From a virus (taxonomy: Duplodnaviria; Caudoviricetes): 58,144 nt of DNA. The translations under genes and the position numbers were made by a program. How positions within the stretch are numbered: the stretch's first letter is position 1; each line of letters begins with the position of its first letter. This document shows, one piece after another, positions 54,580-58,144 of the stretch. The stretch covers positions 1 to 58,144 of the IMG/VR virus record IMGVR_UViG_3300022591_000010. One strand, 5' to 3'. The notes beneath the pieces were generated by a model. The model was not told the origin of the DNA. It saw only the letters and a program-made list of their open reading frames with translations, and ran no database searches.

Positions 54580-55689
54580 TTAGTTCAAAGAAGCGCTGAA
54601 ATACCCCAACGTATATCCTTGGGCAACATCTGATTTAGTAAGAATAATACCATGGTTTGTAGCAGTCGGGGTCGCGCCTAGGGTGTAGGCGGCACTACCT
54701 ACAGAGGTAGTTTGAGCGTTATCGCTATAGGCTGTGGCTGTTACGGCGGTTCCAACAATGCTTACTTTCAAAGAGCTAGCCAAGGCTGATAGGGCGGTGT
54801 TGAAGATGGTGCTTACTGTTCCAGCTACAGAGTTATAGACTCGTAGGTAGTAACCTACAGTTGCTCCTGAAAAGGTGTATGAATAAGAACCTGTGTAGTA
54901 AGGTGAGTAATATGGGGTAGATCCACTTGCGTTATATGAGTAATAGTTGGGCGTGCTGGATGTGCCATATGTAGCGGATGAAACAAGCGTATAGTATGAA
55001 TAAGTGCCGTAGTTTATTACATATGTATAGTAATAGCCAGAAATATATGAGCCAAGGACGCGATCATAAGTGTAGACGGCTATAGGGTTTGCGTACTGTG
55101 GTACGTAATAGCTGTACGATCCGTGCTGCCATGAGTAGGTATCTGGGGTTATTTGGTAGGTGGTGGTGGTATATGTTCCAGTAGGGGCGTATGCCGTATA
55201 GTAATATACGGTTGAACCCGCATAGTTATAGCCTAAAGGAGTAGCTGAAGTATAGGTACCGGACACTACATAGCTATATGCGGTATCTGTTCTCTCAGTT
55301 ACAGCAGCCCACCAGTTATTAGCGTCAGCTACTAAGAAAGAAATACCTGTACCAAGATCCGTAGCCTGAGCGATAAGGGTTACGTTAGGAGATCCTAAGG
55401 TCATAGTTGCAATGGAGTTATTTGTAGGGGCGTCGTTAGATTGCGCCTTGGTTCCGTTGGCAAACCAGATGCCTTTAATAGCTGTCCAGGTTCCACCGCT
55501 ACTTGATGTTCCTAAAGAACCAGTAGTAGTACGAGCAAATGTATCAGAGAATGCTCCTACGAACCATTGTCTCCAGGTTCCTCCGATCTTGACCCATCCT
55601 GATGAAACGCTGTGCCACGAACCGCTAACCTTTACAAACTGCCCGGCTATGTTCCTCCAGGTACCGCCTACCTTTATTTGACCAGGCAT
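54580..55689 (-). CDS. Fibre/adhesin: lectin-like domain with a Tyr-rich insertion
   Basis: Three N-terminal VKxGGxW repeats, DTFART, and a ConA-like strand pattern split by a Tyr-rich segment. Confidence 0.65.
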   Translation of the reverse strand: MPGQIKVGGTWRNIAGQFVKVSGSWHSVSSGWVKIGGTWRQWFVGAFSDTFARTTTGSLGTSSSGGTWTAIKGIWFANGTKAQSNDAPTNNSIATMTLGSPNVTLIAQATDLGTGISFLVADANNWWAAVTERTDTAYSYVVSGTYTSATPLGYNYAGSTVYYYTAYAPTGTYTTTTYQITPDTYSWQHGSYSYYVPQYANPIAVYTYDRVLGSYISGYYYTYVINYGTYSYYTLVSSATYGTSSTPNYYSYNASGSTPYYSPYYTGSYSYTFSGATVGYYLRVYNSVAGTVSTIFNTALSALASSLKVSIVGTAVTATAYSDNAQTTSVGSAAYTLGATPTATNHGIILTKSDVAQGYTLGYFSASLN

Positions 55690-56621
55690 TATACGTATAC
55701 CACCCAGATATCTCCGTCAATTCCGTTTGTTGAAATAGGAGCTACTGTGCTTGCCCATGTATTTCGAACTACACCTAAAGTAGTAGATGCGGTTGTGACA
55801 GTTCCGTTTGTCTGGTTAACATAAGGTGTGCTCAAGGTCTGCCATGAAGGAAGTCCTCCAACAACAGTAAGGATCTGACCTGTGGTTCCAATACCAAGTC
55901 TAGCGTTTGTAGAGTTCCAGTATAGGAGGTCTCCGTTAGTGGTCAGCAAGCTTGCTGAGATATAGGAAGGAAGAGTAGACCACTGAGGAATTCCTGTACC
56001 GGCAACTGTTAGATACTGGCCGGTAGTTCCAATTGTAAGGTTGGCAGGAGTAGATGCAGCTGATGCATAGATCAAGTCACCTTTAGCTACGAGAGATGAT
56101 TTAGCAATCGCTGCGCCACCTGTACCAGAAGCAGCGTTAATGCTAGATACGAGGTTGTTATAGTCAGTGCTATTTACATAAAGAACGTTGTTGGAACCCA
56201 TCTTTGGAGTTCCTGTATAGTCTACGTTAAAGCCTAAGGTAGGGCCTGCAGCGTAGGTTTCAAAAAGGTTGTTAGTTCCACTACCAAGAGAAAGGACTAA
56301 GCCCTTTACGTTGTTAGCAGTGATAGTGCTACCACCGGTCTTCAATACATATGGGGCGTTAGACACGCCGTTTACTAGGCCGGCTTCGATATTTAGAAGA
56401 CGATCGGCAATTGTGTTCCAAGAGAGGGTCGCAGTAGAGAAGGTTCCCGCATAGGTAGAGGTAAGGGGGTTTGTAGATGTGGCTGTGCCAAGGGCAGTTT
56501 CAAGAGCCACAATCTCTTGCTGCAAAGAGTTTACGTTATCGGCTGCTACAGTGCTTACAAGATCAACTTCAGCCGTATAGCTTCGTACTTGGTTGGGAAA
56601 TCCACTAGGATTGCTTACCAT
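55689..56621 (-). CDS. Tail fibre/whisker protein
   Basis: VNSLQQEIVALE coiled coil; two KGDL..L.IGTTGQ.LTV..G.P.W repeats; C-terminal DGDIWV. Confidence 0.75.
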   Translation of the reverse strand: MVSNPSGFPNQVRSYTAEVDLVSTVAADNVNSLQQEIVALETALGTATSTNPLTSTYAGTFSTATLSWNTIADRLLNIEAGLVNGVSNAPYVLKTGGSTITANNVKGLVLSLGSGTNNLFETYAAGPTLGFNVDYTGTPKMGSNNVLYVNSTDYNNLVSSINAASGTGGAAIAKSSLVAKGDLIYASAASTPANLTIGTTGQYLTVAGTGIPQWSTLPSYISASLLTTNGDLLYWNSTNARLGIGTTGQILTVVGGLPSWQTLSTPYVNQTNGTVTTASTTLGVVRNTWASTVAPISTNGIDGDIWVVYV

Positions 56622-56670
56622 ATTGTCTCCTTACGATAATTGCCGCCCAGATATGTAGTAGAATTGTAGC

Positions 56671-57666
56671 ATGAACTTGGTGCAAAAATCGGTAGAATTT
56701 GGGGGAAAGCTGGCCCCTATCGTTATTCCACAGGGCCTTTCTTCTGGACTTATGAACCCCTCCATCTTTATAGATGAGGATGGGGACATTCTGGTTAACC
56801 TACGGCATGTTAACTATACCCTCTATCATTCTGAGAATACCCAAAGGTTTATCTCACATTGGGGCCCCCTAACGTATCTTCACCCTGAAAAGGATATGCG
56901 ACTTGTCACTGAGAACTACCTTTGCCGACTAAACTCTGACCTTGAGCTTACAGACTATTCTTTGGTAGAGATGCTATCTTTACACGAGCCTATATGGGAG
57001 TTCCACGGTTTAGAGGATGCCCGTGTAGTTCAGTGGGATGGGGAGTACTTTTTGATAGGGGTAAGGAGAGACACGACCCCTAATGGCGTAGGTCGTATGG
57101 AATATACAAATATTGAGATAGATAAGAGCACCTGGACAGTCAAAGAAAAAGCTAGAAAGAGAATCGCAGCTCCAGGCGAGGACTCAACTTACTGTGAGAA
57201 AAACTGGATGCCTATCTTAGACAAGCCATACCACTTTATAAAATGGACTATGCCTACCGAGATTGTAATGTCTACCCCAGACCCAGACTCAGGAACTGAA
57301 CAGGTGGCTGTAAAAGACACTCCCCCAGCTCCTATGGATCAACGAGGCAGTTCTCATGTCATTAAGTGGGGGGATAACTATATCTGTATTACTCACGAAG
57401 TTGCTTTATTTAGTAATTACCTAAGACAAAAAGATGGTATCTATAAGCATAGGTTATGTCTTTGGGACTCCGAGTTTAACTTTATAGGTCTTTCTAACTC
57501 CTTTACTTTCTTAGACGCCAGGATTGAGTTTTGTGTGGGAGCAGCCATACTTGAAGACGATCTTCTTTTAAGTTTTGGGTTCCAGGATAATGCTGCTTTT
57601 GTTTTGAGAACGCCTAAGGTAGTAGTAGAAGATCTTATAGAGGAGGCACGTAATTATGGCAATTGA
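56671..57666 (+). CDS. Five-bladed beta-propeller glycoside hydrolase-like protein (GH43/GH130 clan)
   Basis: NPSI...GLEDARV...EKNWMP...RGSS...IEFC.G....DLLLSFG.QD. Confidence 0.75.
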   Translation: MNLVQKSVEFGGKLAPIVIPQGLSSGLMNPSIFIDEDGDILVNLRHVNYTLYHSENTQRFISHWGPLTYLHPEKDMRLVTENYLCRLNSDLELTDYSLVEMLSLHEPIWEFHGLEDARVVQWDGEYFLIGVRRDTTPNGVGRMEYTNIEIDKSTWTVKEKARKRIAAPGEDSTYCEKNWMPILDKPYHFIKWTMPTEIVMSTPDPDSGTEQVAVKDTPPAPMDQRGSSHVIKWGDNYICITHEVALFSNYLRQKDGIYKHRLCLWDSEFNFIGLSNSFTFLDARIEFCVGAAILEDDLLLSFGFQDNAAFVLRTPKVVVEDLIEEARNYGN

Positions 57667-58144
57667 AGATGTAGTAGTAGATCTTTCTAAAGATCCGTTC
57701 AACCCTTGGTTAAACTTTAGATGTGCAGTTGAGTACGCACATAGACAGCAAAACGCATCTGCCGTATCTTTCTATTTAAGAACTGCAGAATACGGGGACG
57801 GCATACTTACATACAACTCATTACTTAGAGTAGCTCAATGTATAGATGACCAAGCTGAGAGAGTAACAAGTGTTACTCACGCACTTCTTCAAGCTCTATC
57901 CTATATGCCTAAAAGACCGGAAGCATACTTCCTTATGGCTCAGTTCCATGAAAGAGCCGGTAATTGGCAGCAGGCCTATACGTGGGCTGAGCTAGGCCTA
58001 TCTATGAACATTGATAGTGATCCATTACCAGACTCCGTAGGATACTTTCCTGAGGCCCTCAGCTTTGAGAAAGCTGTGTCCGCTTGGTGGATTGGTCGTA
58101 AAGAAGAGAGCTTAGATTTACTTTTAAAGTTATCTGAAAAAGAA
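57656..58144 (+). CDS. TPR-repeat protein (runs off the window)
   Basis: Manual translation MAIEDVVVDLSKDPFNPWLNF...AVSFYLRTAE...PKRPEAYFLMAQFHE... Confidence 0.75.
   Translation, partial: MAIEDVVVDLSKDPFNPWLNFRCAVEYAHRQQNASAVSFYLRTAEYGDGILTYNSLLRVAQCIDDQAERVTSVTHALLQALSYMPKRPEAYFLMAQFHERAGNWQQAYTWAELGLSMNIDSDPLPDSVGYFPEALSFEKAVSAWWIGRKEESLDLLLKLSEKE

Noticed and set aside
54847-55280. Diversity-generating retroelement target
   Set aside because: No reverse transcriptase and no near-identical template repeat are visible in the window.
1-58144. tRNA genes, introns/inteins, integrase, alternative genetic code
   Set aside because: No cloverleaf was noticed in the short intergenic gaps. RNR, PolA, RecA and DnaB have normal uninterrupted lengths, and genes read through with the standard code.

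Overview
This window is a 58 kb internal segment of a large tailed dsDNA phage with a contractile (myovirus-type) tail. The host is most likely an actinobacterium: there are two WhiB-family regulators, leaderless-type promoters and a B12-dependent class II RNR, and GC is roughly mid-40s % by eye. Nearly all genes lie on the minus strand. From left to right: nrdJ (cut by the edge); a nucleotidyltransferase / Zn-finger / HAD-like / TGT(DpdA)-like cluster; a block of small unknown basic and Zn-binding proteins; a lysis cassette; a metallophosphoesterase; SpoVS; recombination genes (two Hjc-like nucleases, a Cas4-like exonuclease, RecA); DNA polymerase A, SSB, SNF2 helicase, dNMP kinase, primase, DnaB, a DnaC-like loader and a replication initiator; baseplate, tape measure, tube, sheath and neck genes; and a fibre/glycosyltransferase region ending in two plus-strand genes. 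No capsid, portal, large terminase, integrase, tRNA or CRISPR array is recognisable. The most interesting signals are: (i) a hairpin in the polA leader whose loop copies the 16S rRNA 3' end and can pair with polA's own Shine-Dalgarno; (ii) tandem C(GNA)G triloop DNA hairpins inside the initiator gene, a candidate origin; (iii) a probable +1 shifty-stop frameshift followed by a CTG-initiated tape measure gene; (iv) a TGT-fold protein with an altered nucleophile in a candidate nucleic-acid-modification cluster, carrying a repeated pseudo-palindromic site; (v) a conserved phage promoter/leader motif; and (vi) unusual architectures of the spike, sheath and fibre proteins. All functional calls come from motif recognition by eye; no searches were run.
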